Of a stretch of 64,000 nucleotides of DNA, positions 1 through 12,889 are shown piece by piece. The stretch lies in assembly GCA_951406725.2 (NCBI GenBank), contig OX597819.1:125054001-125118000 (forward strand), read 5' to 3'. The stretch's first letter is position 1. Each line of letters begins with the position of its first letter. The position numbers were made by a program, and so were the translations under genes. This DNA is from Octopus vulgaris (lineage: Eukaryota). The notes under the pieces were generated by a model, which saw only the letters and a list, made by a program, of their open reading frames with translations, made no database searches and had not been told where the DNA came from.

Positions 1-337
1 GATGATGAATGGAGATTTTCCACATCTATAATTTTATTAACCAGTTATTTACAGCATTCTTTTCTGGACTTATGCACATTTCAGCTGCATCGACTGCACA
101 CTGTTAAATATACATCTGTCACCAGATGAGGGATGGTGACAGAAAGGGCATCCAGTCATTAGGAGGCCAGTGTCAATGAATTCTGTGCGATCCATTCAAG
201 GGTGATAAGGTGGATGTTAAAACAACAATTATATATTCATTATGTAGGTAGGGTAAAATCCAGCCTGTGTCCCCTTTGAAGGGATGAAACTAATAACTTC
301 TATCATTCTTTACCTTGGGTTTTCCTTGATACTTCAA

Positions 338-622
338 CATCATCATCATCATCGTCGTTTAATGTCTGTTTTCCATGCTAGCATGGGTTGGACGGTTCGA
401 CTGGGGTCTGGTAAGCCATGGAGGCTGCACCAGGCTCCAGTCTGATCTGGCAAAGTTTCTACAGCTGGATGCCCTTCCTAACGCCAATCACTCCATGAGT
501 GTAGTGGGTGCTTTTTACGTGCCACCCGCACAGGTGCCAGGCGAGGCTGGCAACGGCCACGGTCGGATTGGTGCATTTTACGTGCCACCAGCACGGAAGC
601 CAGTCGAGGCGGCACTGGCATG
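338..622 (-). mobile_element. RTE 3'-end repeat
   Basis: (CAT)n then tttccatgctagcatgggttggacg family sequence. Confidence 0.85.
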
Positions 623-903
623 GAACTGCAAATGGATTTTATCTTTTACTATGGATTTCATTAAATTCTTTGATCTTGGAATTACCAATCACTATTATCT
701 TTGGACACTCCCTAGTTCTTCAGCAAAAAGGTAACTAATATCCTTGATTAAAGCTATTCTTTATTTATTTTTTCTCATTCAAATGATGGAATAGTTATCT
801 TATAAGGAAATCATTGCTTGATAACATATGTTCCACATGCTTATCTATTCTAGAAACAGCTGTAGAAGACTTTATGTATTTACTATAACTATTTCACACT
901 ATA

Positions 904-1292
904 GGTGCAGGAGTGGCTGTGTGGTAAGTAGCTTGTTTACCAACCACATGGTTCCGGGTTCAGTCCCACTGCGTGGCACCTTGGGCAAGTGTCTTCTACT
1001 ATAGCCTCGGGCCAACCAAAGCCTTGAGAGTGGATTTGGTAGACGGAAACTGAAAGAAGCCTGTCGTATATATGTATATATATGTGGGTGTGTATGTTTG
1101 TGTTTGTCCCCCTAGCATTGCTTGACAACCAATGCTGGTGTGTTTATGTCCCCGTTACTTAGCGGTTCGGCAAAAGAGACCGATAGAATAAGTACTGGGC
1201 TTACAAAAGAATAAGTCCCGGGGTCGAGTTGCTCGATTAAAGGCGGTGCTCCAGCATGGCCGCAGTCAAATGACTGAAACAAGTAAAAGAGT
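904..1292 (+). mobile_element. tRNA-derived SINE family A (CORE-like)
   Basis: A box TGGCTGTGTGG, B box GGTTCAGTCCC, caccttgggcaagtgtctt, internal microsatellite, GTAAAAGA tail. Confidence 0.9.
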
Positions 1293-2348
1293 ATGTTTAA
1301 GTTATAAATCAAATGCTTTAAAGTGATACCACATGTTTTGCTTGTTTATTCTCTATTTCTAATATATATATACTTGGTAGATAGATAGATAGATAGATCA
1401 AGTGAAGGGTGAAGTTGCTCCAGTAGAGCCTCTTCTATGTAAATCTAGTTTTGGGCATTATGGAGTTGTTTGCTTGTTAAATGACTGAGTGGATTCATTA
1501 GTGAGCTACTTGGCTCAAAAGTTTTCATTTCAGATCATCTCACAGTTTTTCTAGCGCCATTTCAGTTGCAATCAGGAACCTTGACTTTCTTAGAATATGT
1601 CAGTTGGGCTAATTGCATAAGGTTGAGTGGGTGTTGGTGCTTAACCACTGGTTACCATTGTAGCTGCGACCATCACATTTTTTCTGGATATAGGATTACA
1701 TTATCTAATGTAATTTTAGAATTACATTACCTAATTACTCCTTCTTGCTCCATTTTTAAGGATGTAGGGTGTGGCATGAGTAATATTTTGTTGTTATTTC
1801 TAGCAAGTTGCATGACCACATAGAGGCTTCCTCATTGGCTCATAAGATTATGTGGTTCTTTCTTGTTATCATATGAGTTTACAAGTTTTATATAATCCTA
1901 ATTATAACATCTTATCCATATTAACACATCATACAGTAATTGCAATATTTTGTCCGATCTCATTCCACCACATAAAAATATCCATTCCCTTTTGATACCA
2001 ACCCCTCCTAAACTAAGCCTGTCACAAAATCTCTATTAGAATGTTGATATTTAAATTAATCATCCATCGTCATAATTCTATTTTTAGAAATGTTTCTTTT
2101 CAAACATCAGTTTAATGAAAATGTTCCTTGTTTTACGAAATCCTTCCAAATTCTTTATTCTTTTCAAAATTAATCAAAACTTAAGGGCAGTGTATTCCAT
2201 TATAAATATTGCTCCACAAAAGGGTTAAGGAATAAGATAAAGGATGATATGCAATATAGTTTCAATTTGATTTCTACACCAATTATTTATGTCATGAAGA
2301 TAATGATGAGTTTTATCTTTTACTATCTTTTAGAAATGTTTTATCTAC

Positions 2349-2434
2349 CTTTCTCTTCTGTAGTTATGCCAAATTCTACCAAGTTTTTCACACTCAGAGC
2401 AAAATGTTTGGCAGTAATCCAAGCTAATTTGTCT
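2349..2434 (-). pseudogene. Exon relic, dynein HC C-terminal region (DKLAWITAKHFALSVKNLVEFGITTEEK)
   Basis: atttgtag acceptor, AG|gtagat donor, 86 bp, one fully open frame. Confidence 0.55.
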
Positions 2435-3680
2435 CTACAAATATTACTAATTCATATATATATATTGTGTGTGTGTGTGTATGTGTGTGTGTGTATGAGA
2501 GAGAGAGAGAGAGCAAAGGAAAGGGAAAAACAGCAGCAACAATAATGAAAGATTACTGTTCATTAAATAATGACATCACAACTTCCTACTTTCGCTTTGG
2601 CTTTCACGAACAGTACAATATTTGAAACTAGCTACCATTCTCTCCAAGATAATAAATATAGCATATGCACATATATATACACACATACATGCACACACGT
2701 TCTCTTGTATATCTAATTATACTAAAACTGAAAGAAAAGAAAAGAGTAAAGCTAACTATTGTGTGTGTTTGTGTGTTTCACTGTAATTCTGTAGTAATTA
2801 TAAAGCAATAGAAATTCAATTGCCTACACTGCTGTTTCAGCATCTCTACACATAATGAATGAAAATGAACACGTACACAAAATCGCTCTCTCTCTCCATC
2901 TCTCTTTCCCTTCCTTCCTCTCCCTTTCCCCCTCTCTCACATACACATGCTTGTATCACATGTGCTGGTGACTCCCAAATGACTGGGTTTTTTTTTTGCA
3001 TGTCAAAGTTTTGTCACAGGGTTACCTAGACAGGGAATCATACATACATACATTAATTTGTTTATTTGACATACCTATCTATACAGACACATCATCATCA
3101 TCATTGTTTAACGTCTGCTTTCCATGCTAGCATGGGTTGGACGATTTTGACTGAGGGCTGGCAAACCAGATGGCGGCACCAGACCCCAATCTTGATCTGG
3201 AAGAGTTTCATTACATATATAATCATACAGTTGTATACACACACACATATACACTCTCTCTCTATCTCTTACTAACTCACTTGCCCACCTCTTATATATT
3301 TAAAAATTTACACACCTGTGCACATTTCCAAACATTATAGTAAATAATGCTGTTATTGGGAGACTTTTTTTTACTCTGTGGCAGTACCAAAGCCAAAAAA
3401 ACAGATCATTGATTTGAAAATCAAGAGGTGGAATATCTGAAATAAGACCAAATTTATTGATTTCCAATTTAGACTGCTGTTGGTTATATAGAGGAGGGAA
3501 TAATGCCAATATAATGATGTTCTTAAAATTACCATTACAAGGAAAGCTAAGGTGATTCTGGCAGAGACCAGTTCTTGCGATTGTCTATATCGGATGATTG
3601 TGAGTTAGGTTGTCATGTGTATGTATGCATGTATCTGTGTATGTGTGTATGTGTGAGATGATATATATATATATATATAT

Positions 3681-3858
3681 AAAATTAAATAAGGGTAGAA
3701 ATTGATATTAATCAATTAAAACCAGTGGCCTAGCATATTTAAAAAAAAATCCGAAGATTTAAAATTTTATTACATACAAAATTTAGAGGATTTTAGTGGT
3801 CAATCCTCTAAATTTTGTATGTAAAAAAATGTTTAATCTTCGGTTTTTTTTAAAAAAC
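3681..3858 (-). mobile_element. Fold-back element in (TA)n, same family as 46096-46426
   Basis: Arms about 3751-3792 and 3802-3843; 3681-3790 is the reverse complement of 46318-46426. Confidence 0.8.
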
Positions 3859-3879
3859 TATATATATATATATATATAT

Positions 3880-4160
3880 AAATATAACTGAGAATGTGTG
3901 TGTGTGTGTCTGTATGTGCATCACTAAAACTTGAGAACTACCCAACCAATTTCATTCAAACTTTACACTTGCCTTCCTTAGGATCCATGCTGTGTCATAG
4001 GCCAAAAACTTTTCAACTTCTTGCTTAATGCAAGCCCAGAGCAATCTTTTATCTCTTACACTGTTTCAGTATTACATCTCAAAAGTGAAACAATAACATC
4101 TCCATTAATACTTTCACTATTATATGCTTTCGATTTCAATTACTTTCAGTATGTAGCTAT
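3880..4160 (+). mobile_element. Helitron-like 5' fragment (inverse copy at 5258-5405 interrupts the Penelope ORF)
   Basis: Shared gcatcactaaa..aactacccaaccaatttcattcaaa..ttacac sequence. Confidence 0.55.
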
Positions 4161-4553
4161 ATATATAACTCCATATGTGTGGACTTGTGTCTCCATATAT
4201 GTCCTTGTGTGAACTGAAGAGTGTATATATGGTCATGTGTTTCAGTCTTCATTTGTGTATGTATGTGTATGTGTGCTTGTTTGTTCATATAACTTATGTA
4301 CCTATCCGTCTGTATGTCTGTCTGTTTACTTTCATATCCATGTGCATATACATATATATATGCCAACCATATATATATACGCCAACCACTACACTCACGG
4401 AGTGGTTGGTGTTAGGAAGGGCATCCAGCCGTAGAAACACTGCCAGATCAGACTGGGCCTGATGCAGCCTTCTGGCTTCACAGACCCCAGTTGAACCGTC
4501 CAACCCATGCTAGCATGGAAAGCAAACGCTAAATGATGATGATGATGATGATG

Positions 4554-4614
<61 letters not shown>

Positions 4615-4744
4615 CACCCACACACACATATCTATCTATGTAACAGCCCACTAACTATTCTACCTGTATAAACTGTGGCTATGGGGGTATGATAACCACT
4701 ACATATATTTCCTATTTAGTATTGGGGAAGTTTCATTTATGAGG

Positions 4745-5755
4745 ACATACTCCTGTATTTATCTGAGTGTTGAGTCCTTTGGGTGCTTGGATAAGATGTA
4801 GATGTCAAGTTGACCCAGGTTTCCTCCACGTTGGTCCTTGACATGTTGGTAGAGTATGGAGGACTGTTTTTTGTCATCATATTGTCTCAAATGTTCATTT
4901 AGTCGTTCCGCAGTGCTCCTAGATGTCTCCCCTATGTACATCATGTTCATGTCTTTACAAGCACCTTCTATGCATCTTATTCTGTAAACTACATTTCTAG
5001 TTCTACAGTTAATGCCAGGGCTAATCCTACTTACCGTGCAGTTATCATTGGTGCATGTGGTTTTCTCAAAGGAGTACATCCTACATAATTGCGACCTGAC
5101 AGAGTTCCCTGGCTTTTCAACAATCTTAATGTTGAGTTTGGTCTCCTTCAGAGCTGTCCCAAATCTCCAGGCTAGTTCTCCATGGGCTGTGGCCTCTACA
5201 AACATCACTCCTTGCTATTTGTTGGTTTTATACCACGTGTTTCCCCTGCTTGCTTTGTCAGGCAAGAAGTTGAAAACTTCTTTGGCCCATGACACTGCAT
5301 GGATCCTAAGTAAGGCATGTGTAAAATTTGAATGAAATTGGTTGGGTAGTTCTTAAGCTTTAGTGATGCACATACAGACACACACACACAGTTTTTATTT
5401 CTATATTTAGGGCAGGTATCACTGGTATCATTACATATAATTTATCTAATTTTTTTCTAGCACACCTGTATACTCAAACCCCATCTTCCTGATCATATCC
5501 AGAGAACTGCATGTAGTGCATGAAGTTCTGTATATGTTTTTTCATTTCATAGGTTTTGCATAGTGGGGACACGTTCATTGTCCTAAGTCTGCTATCAGTA
5601 TGTTAATTTTCATGTTGTGTAACAAAGCTGAGTTCTTGTGAACAACAAATATCAAGGAGTGATGTTTGCAGATGCCACAGCCCATGGAGAACTAGCCCGT
5701 AGATTTAGGAAAGCTCTGAAGGAGACCAAACTCAACATTAAGATTGTTGAAAACC
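4745..5755 (-). mobile_element. Penelope-like element fragment (RT thumb, Cys linker, GIY-YIG; Naiad/Neptune-like) with inverted duplication
   Basis: ORF 4759-5208 has NVVYRIRC..YIGETSRS..RLNEH; 5410-5642 gives HKNSAL..KINILIADL..FMHYMQFSGY; about 5645-5755 (+) is an inverted copy of about 5112-5225. Confidence 0.88.
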
Positions 5756-6088
5756 TCTGTAATTTACAGCAAACTTGTTAGTAGAAGAGAGAGAAAAAAA
5801 AATGAACAAAATGAATCAGCACTTGTAAAAATGTAAACACTACTACAAATTATCCGACTGTATTAAAAAAAATACCAAATTATATTTCCATATCAGCCAC
5901 TTTAACAGTTGGTTTCATGCCAGGAGCTGAGATTACTAATCTTCCTTAGTTAAGCCAACGCACACTTTCCCCCATATCTTGGAAGTCTTTTTTAGTCCTA
6001 GGCCCAACATGATAGAAAGGCAGGCTGCACATGCATATGTAACACAACATGTTCACTTAACAGTCATTGCAATTCAGTGACCATTGTA

Positions 6089-6215
6089 CAAGGTGTCCAC
6101 AAAGTCTGGGTACATGGAGTAAATAAAATCATAACATAAAGAATTAAATATAAGAAATAATAATTTCTTAAAGTATGTGTTAATCTCCATGTACCCAGAC
6201 TTTATGGACACCTTG
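6089..6215. mobile_element. Tc1/mariner-type MITE
   Basis: 31-bp TIR CAAGGTGTCCACAAAGTCTGGGTACATGGAG with one mismatch, TA TSD. Confidence 0.9.
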
Positions 6216-6384
6216 TATACGAAGGGATGGGGTTATTAAAAGATCCAAATGGAATGACCAATGTGTGAAAATATGTGAGGCATGACAGGTCTCAAGCCAG
6301 GTGAGATTGTAGTCATGGCTGATGCTGGCGTTTCGTATCTGGCACCATGTTTTTCAGTTTCCATGCCAGCTTGAAAAACAGATG

Positions 6385-6415
<31 letters not shown>

Positions 6416-7011
6416 TCCTTGAAAGCATCCTCTTTCAACAGCAATGAGAAAAATGCAAGTACATTTTATAACAAGCAAACATTGCATTTTGATCACCCTA
6501 ATTTATGACAGCACACTATTTGTGTCCTCACAATCACTCCAAATGTTAGCCCTCATTATTAATGAAGGTCTTTTCTTGTGACAGCATATCCTTATCATTA
6601 CTTGAACACGAACATGAAAGGAATAGGATTCACTAGACTACTTACCTCAATATTCAACATAAATTAGGAAAAGCCAACAAGGAGAACATCTTTGTTGTCT
6701 TTTGTCATGCTAGAAATTGCACCTGACAGTCTTCAAAAAGGTAGGCCACATCATCATCAATTAATGTCTTGGAGACACTTTATTTGAAAAAGTAAGATAG
6801 GATTGTCAGCAATAGAATACTGTTGTTATGTTAGCTTGTTGCTTGAGATGAAGCTGGTCAGTGATGATGTAATCCAAATGTCTGAGTTGCTACTGTCAAA
6901 GTGGATGACTTAATTATCGTTGTTGTATGAACAGTATCTCAGCATCGTTGTATGTGTGTGTGTGGAATGTTGTTGCTGATTTCATGAATGATAACTGTTC
7001 ATAAACATTTA

Positions 7012-8008
7012 TCATCATCCTCATCATTTAACGTCCGCTTTCCATGCTGGTATGGATTGGATGGTTTGACTGAGGACTGGCAAGCCAGGAGGCTGCACCA
7101 GGCTCCAATCTGTTCTGGCAAGGTTTCTACAGCTGGATGCCCTTCCTAATGCCAACCACTCTGAGAGTGTAGTGGGTACTTTTTACATGCCACCAGCACA
7201 GGGAGCCAGTCAGGTGGAACTGGCATCAGCCACGCTCAAATGGTGCTTTTAAGTGCCACCGGAACAGGTGCTAGTCAGGCAGCACTGGCATCAGCCACAA
7301 CTACAGTTTCACTGGATTCAACAGATCTTCTCAAGCACAGAATATTGCCCAACGATTGAAGGGTACTTTTAAATGAGCCCATTATGCGACACTGGCATCG
7401 GCCACAGCTATGAACTCACTAGGCTTGCTGGGTCTTCTCAAGCGCCACATACCTCTAAAGGTCTCAGTCGCTTGTCATTGCCTCTGTGAGGCCTAGCATT
7501 CAAAGGTCGTGTTTCACCACCTCATTCCATGTCTTCCACAGGTTCCCTCTACTTTAGAGTGTGACACTTCTTCACACAGCTCTCCTCATCCATATGCAAC
7601 ACATGACCATAGCAGTGCAGTTGTCTCTCTTGCACATCACATCTGATGCTTCTTATGTCCAACTTTTCTCTCAGGGCTCTTACACTCTGTCATGTGTGTG
7701 CGCACTGACATTACACATCCAGCAGAGCATTCTAGCTTCATTTCTTTCAAGCTTTTGCATGTCCTCAGCAGTCACAGCCCATGTTTCGCTGCTGTGTAGC
7801 ATGGCTGTTCGCACACATGCATCATACAGTCTACCTTTCACTCTGAGTGAGAGGCCCTTGGTTACCAGCAGAGCTAGGAGCTCTCTGAATTTTGCCCAGG
7901 CTATTCTTATTCTAGTAGCTATGCTCTCAGAGCATCCACCCCACTACTGACTTGGTTACCTAGGTAACAGAAGCTATCAACTACTTCTAGTTTTCCCCCC
8001 CAGGCATT
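7012..8008 (-). mobile_element. RTE-clade LINE, 5'-truncated (ORF2 C-terminus, 3' UTR, GAT tail)
   Basis: LEVVDSFCYLG..RIRIAWAKFRELL..KGRLYDACVRTAMLHSSETWA..YGHVLHMD runs into the window's commonest repeat. Confidence 0.92.
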
Positions 8009-8162
8009 TATCACTATGAATTTTTGAAAATATCTAATAGTATAGGTTTTTTCTTGGAGAGCACCCCAAAAGAAACATTTTGATACTTCTTTTGTGAAAT
8101 TTGGCTGAATATTTTAGGATATATAACAATTTGAATGGTCAGCAAATTGATCAAAATCTTAC

Positions 8163-8296
8163 CTAATTAGCCTAAATGAATAATTAGCCATATTTGTGAT
8201 GTCATATCTTTCAAGCTGAAGTGATAATCATCTTCATATTACACAAATTAATAATGTCCACAGTATAGCAGTTGCTTATTATTCTTTTCCTGATTC
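8163..8296 (-). pseudogene. Exon relic (134 bp)
   Basis: gttttattttcag acceptor and AG|gtaaga donor; stops in all frames. Confidence 0.5.
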
Positions 8297-9074
8297 CTGA
8301 AAATAAAACACTCTTTTTGGCAATTCTAACAAAAATTTGTAAAATATGTATGTAAAATACAGTTGATTTCACAGTGTTTTTTGAGACCTAGCTATATCCA
8401 AAAGTACAAGGCACAAGGACTTGAGGTTTGGCACATTTGTTGTAGGTATAGAACTAAATAAATCCTGAAAGTTTGGAACATGATACATTTCAATAAAATT
8501 TTAATGGATTATTAAGAATGGCTATAAATGGCGGAGTTTCAGATCAGAACACTGATATAAGTTGATTTTCTCTGTTTTGACAAATTTTTTCAATTTTTTT
8601 TTCACCACAACCTTGGAAATGATGGGGGAAGCTTTTTATTTTGGATAATTTTTTTTTTGCACTACACACTTAAAAACGATGGGAAAAGCATTTTCAGTTT
8701 AAAAAAAAACCCTAATTTTCAAAATATTTTCAGACGAAAAGGTGTGTGTGATGTAAGAGAGATTTAGCTGTTGTTTCTAGCATGTCCAACCGCCATCTGC
8801 TACCTTTCTCAGAATTGTATGTTGACTTAGATTAAAAAACAGACTGTGAAGACTAATTCCTTGCTTTGATATTAAAAACATCATTAGTAGGAAAGAGAGG
8901 GAGAGAGAATGAGAGAGAGGAAAAATAAACAAGATGAATGAGCACTTGTGAAAATGTAAGCACTACCACAAATTATCCGACTGTATTCAAATCAGAAAGA
9001 AAAAAACCCCATCATATTGCACTTTAATAGTCTACAAAATAATATTCATTTCACAATATAATTTTTATTAACAA

Positions 9075-9588
9075 ATTGTAGTTGTGATACCAGTGCCGGT
9101 GACACAGAAAAAGCACCATCCGAACGTGGCTAATGCCAGCGCCGCTGTGACTGGCTTCTGTGCCGGTGGCAGGTAAAAAGCACCAACCGATCATGGCTGA
9201 TGCCAGCCTCCCCTAGCACCTGTGCTGGTGGTACGTAAAAAGCACGATCCGAACGTGGCCGCTGTCAGCCTCCCCTGGCACCTGTGCCAGTGGCATGTAA
9301 AAAGCACCATCTGTATGTGGCCGATGTCAGCGCCACCTTGACTGGCTTCTGTGCCGGTGGCACGTAAAAAGCCCCACCGATCGTGGCTGCTGCCAGCCTC
9401 CCCTGGCTCCTGTGCCGGTGGCATGTAAAAACCACCCACTACACTCACGGAGTGGTTGGCGTTAGGAAGGGCATCCAGCTGTAGAAACACTGGAGCCTGG
9501 TGCAGCCTCCTGGCTTCCCAGACCCCGGTCGAACTATCCAACCCATGCTAGCACGGAAAATGGATGTTAATCGATGATGATGATGATG
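9075..9588 (+). mobile_element. RTE 3'-end repeat with six internal ~62-67-bp units
   Basis: Repeated gtgccggtggcacgtaaaaagcacc; (GAT)n tail. Confidence 0.85.
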
Positions 9589-9667
9589 AAAATTTTATCA
9601 ATATTTTTCAGAGAAAAAATTCACATGTACAAAAAACCCTGCTTGGTAAAATTTGGACATCACTTAC

Positions 9668-9989
9668 CAAATGTTAACACAGTGAGAGGGAATAAACAAC
9701 ATTCTCAATGTGATGATTCCATGCTAATTTTGGGCTGTAAAAAACTTATATTGCTCAATTTAGTGCATTTTTCCATAGAAATATGTTTGCTTACCAATTA
9801 ATTCATCCATTTCTTGAAATTCTAGCTCAAAATCAATATTTGAAGCCTTGGCGTCATATTCTGTTTGACCTCTCTCCATGTGGGAATACGTCAGGTTGCC
9901 AAGTAGCGTCAGTATGCATTAATACTACATGAGCAGCTATGGTAGTACAATCTCCATTATTGACTTTGCAATTTTTCACCATATCATGG
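9668..9989 (-). pseudogene. Two exon relics (about 9795-9989 and 9668-9734) separated by a 60-bp GT-AG intron; AAA6-like
   Basis: Donors gtaagc and gtaagt, acceptor gttttttacag; translation DMVKNCKVNNGD...MHTDATWQPDV with a frameshift. Confidence 0.55.
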
Positions 9990-10913
9990 CTAGATTTAGA
10001 AGTGACAATATTGGATTTGTGAGAAATTTTTCTTTCTTATGGTATAAAAAATCATGAAGAAACTGTTCTTTTCTTAGTGAAAAATTAAAGACCTAACCTC
10101 ATCATCATCATGATTGAATAACTAAGTGCATTGCCCCGTCATTAATCTTGAGTTGTTGTTTAGCTTTGATTGAGCCGCTATCATCATCATCATCGTTTAA
10201 CGTCTGTTTTCCATGCTAGCATGGGTTGGACGATTTGACTGGGGATCTGGAAGCCAGGAGGCTGCACCAGGCGCTCCAGTCTTGATCTGGCAGAGTTTCT
10301 ACAGCTTGATGCCCTTCCTAATGCCAACCACTCTGTGAGTGTAGTGGGTGCTTTTTACGTGCCAGGGGAGGCTGGCAGCGGCCACGATCAGTTGGTGCTT
10401 TGGTGCTTTTTATGTGCCACCGGCACGGAAGCTAGTCAAGGTGGTGCTATATGATCAAAAACATTCCAACCATGACTATGACATCTTTCCTTTCCAATCA
10501 TATCATCCTATTATCCAATGCATTTTCTTTCTTCAAAATGGATAAAGTTCTATTTTAGGAACATTGGTCTGCTATTTAGAGCAGATTAAGTATGGTTTGT
10601 GGATTATAAGTCTGAATCTTCTGCAGATGTCTTGTATTATTTTTTGGCATGAACACATCTCATGCATCACACCATCTTCCCATTTGGTGTAGGTTACCAG
10701 ATTTGGAAATGCTTTTTAAGGCTTCGGCCTTCCCCTGAGAATGAAACCATTCCACTTCCGGAATAATGACTTCGGCTTCTTAAGTTGTTCTTTCATAATG
10801 TATTTTATATAATTCCAGTTGCCTTTCAGTAAAAGACACTTTAGAGCAAACCAGCAAACAGGGCTTCTATGTGTTACTCAGCCTGCTGGATAATTTTTCA
10901 AAAAATTAAATAT

Positions 10914-11372
10914 CATAATCACCGTTTTGATGTCCATTTTTCCATGCTTACTTGGCTCAGACAGGGGAGGTTGGCAGTGGCCACGATCGGTTGGTGCTTT
11001 TTATGTGCCACCGGCACAGAAGCCAGTCAAGGCGGCGCTGGCATTGGCCACATTCGGATGGTGTCTTTTACGTGTCACCGGTATGGGTATCACAGCTACA
11101 ATTTCCATTTGATATTTATTTTGATGTTTATGTACTTGACTCAATAGGTCTTCTCAAGCACAGCAGGTCATGTGCACTGGCACAGAAGCCAGTCAAGGTG
11201 GCACTGGCGTTGGCCATGTTCGGATGGTGCTTTTTATGTGCCACCGGCATAGGTATCATAACTACAATTTCCATTTGATATTTATTTTGATGTTGATGAA
11301 CTTGACTCAATAGGTCTCCTCAAGCACAGCAGGTCATGTGCCACCGGCATAGGTATTGTAACTACAATTTCC
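10914..11372 (-). mobile_element. RTE 3'-end repeat with internal duplications
   Basis: Family sequence with a duplicated ~175-bp block. Confidence 0.8.
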
Positions 11373-11399
11373 TTTTGAAATTAGCTTTCAACTTCAAAT

Positions 11400-12368
11400 T
11401 GAATCTACTTTGATTCGAAGTTAAATATTTTTTCATCTATTGAACTGTATTTGATATTGAACCAATTTAAATTATTGACTTCTAATTGAAGTACAATTGC
11501 AACAGTGGAACAGGTCTTTCAACATAGGAAATATTTGGATATTCAGCATAAGGTTTCTGAAATATTTGGAAAAATAGTTAACAGTAACAGTTTGGAAATG
11601 CAGAGAATTAGATCCTTTATACTAGAAGTAAGTAAACCTTCACTTTAAGCTATAGCATGAGTCTGTTTATTTTTGGAAAGGTCTTATTGACAGATTGTAA
11701 AGTTCTGGAATGGAATATAATAGGGGGTTATAGTGTTATAGTGGAGATAGATAGGGTACATGGAAAGAAGAAAATTCTTCTGACAATTATATGTTGAAGT
11801 ATGTTTGTGGTTATGAGTTTCAATGTAACATCATACCCCAAGGCTAAATTAATTCTGCTACTTTCAAATTGTCCAATAGTACAGCCATATGTTTTAGATT
11901 TAGACTAGTTATGTGCAAATATATTTTGACAATTAGGGCTACTAAACAGTTCAGTAATTTCTTATATTACCAAGTTCACAAATTTTAGCTGGAATGTTTG
12001 CAAATTCTATCCGGCTTAGTGTAATTTTCTGTGAAAGTCTCTTTTATTTTTATTGATGGGGAACCATTCAAATATCTATTCATTAAAATTCTTTGAAACC
12101 ATTCAGCATAAGTGCTACTACTCTCATTTAAAATATCATTTCCATTTTCCAGTTGCTTCTTCAAATGGTTCTTCATCCTCAGTAAACCAGATATCATATC
12201 ATCTACAGTCAATGAACTTGGAGAATTTTGCTTCTCTGACAAAAATTGAGTACTGCTGAATGTACCAAAATATATCACCTGTGTCAAATTTTCATTGTTC
12301 CTTCAGCAATCAAACCATGATCCCATCTTCTTCAAGACTAATTTATTCAATATTTTAACCATACTGGA
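11400..12368 (-). pseudogene. Long exon relic, AAA5/strut-like region
   Basis: Strong acceptor gttttgtattctttccacag; about 127 codons with one TGA (includes ORF 11985-12287, NHLKKQLENGNDILNESSS); further long frames downstream (LLSMYPIYLHY ~ L..IDPMYQY). Confidence 0.6.
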
Positions 12369-12499
12369 CTGTGGAAAGAATACAAAACATCCAGAATATA
12401 ACACTATACTCCATACTAACCACTTCGTGGTTTTCAGTTAGAGGGAGAAGGTATGGTCTATGTGAAACCATAAATCTGAGAGTTTTGCCTGATTTTATG

Positions 12500-12862
12500 G
12501 CCACTCACCATACAAGCTCTATAGGGCATTCTATTCCATTTTCCTTCAACTATTTGTCTATATCTTTGCTTACTCTTCTCAATACACTAATTATTATAAG
12601 CTCAGACTTTACAGTTTCCATACTCCAAATTCTTCCTATTTCAAATTTTAAGAGATGATATTTTTTGGGTTTTGTCCTCTTTCTTTACAATCCTGGAATC
12701 AAACAGGCACAATGGGTTGAAGCAGGACCTTGCTTTTCCTTATCTATAATTCTTATGCCCGGTCTATTATTTTGTAACTTCTTATCCATTTGGATAGGAA
12801 AGTCCCACAAAATCTTACATTTCTCCAACTCTATTTCTCTTTCAACTTGATGATTGTATCAT
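12500..12862 (-). mobile_element. R4/Dong-type non-LTR retrotransposon, restriction-like endonuclease relic
   Basis: YNHQVEREIELEKCKILWDFPIQMDKKLQNNRPGIRIIDK..KYHLLKFEIGRIWSMETV matches KILWDF.IQTD....NRPDI...KY..L..EI.R.W. Confidence 0.85.
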
Positions 12863-12889
12863 GTTTTATTATTATTATTATTATTATTA

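Noticed and set aside
375-734. Recurring ORFs such as LQLDALPNANHS..VVGAFYVPPA
   Set aside because: Translations of the non-coding RTE 3' UTR repeat, with inconsistent frames between copies.
904-975. tRNA gene
   Set aside because: A/B boxes belong to a SINE head; there is no full cloverleaf and it continues into the SINE body.
9090-9440. CRISPR-like array (25-bp palindromic repeat with 35-42-bp spacers)
   Set aside because: Spacers are homologous to each other and recur in every dispersed copy; the array is part of an RTE 3' UTR, with no cas genes and a eukaryotic context.
11985-12287. Endogenous viral or Fanzor/TnpB ORF
   Set aside because: No viral or RuvC motifs; it is preceded by a strong splice acceptor and fits the dynein strut position.
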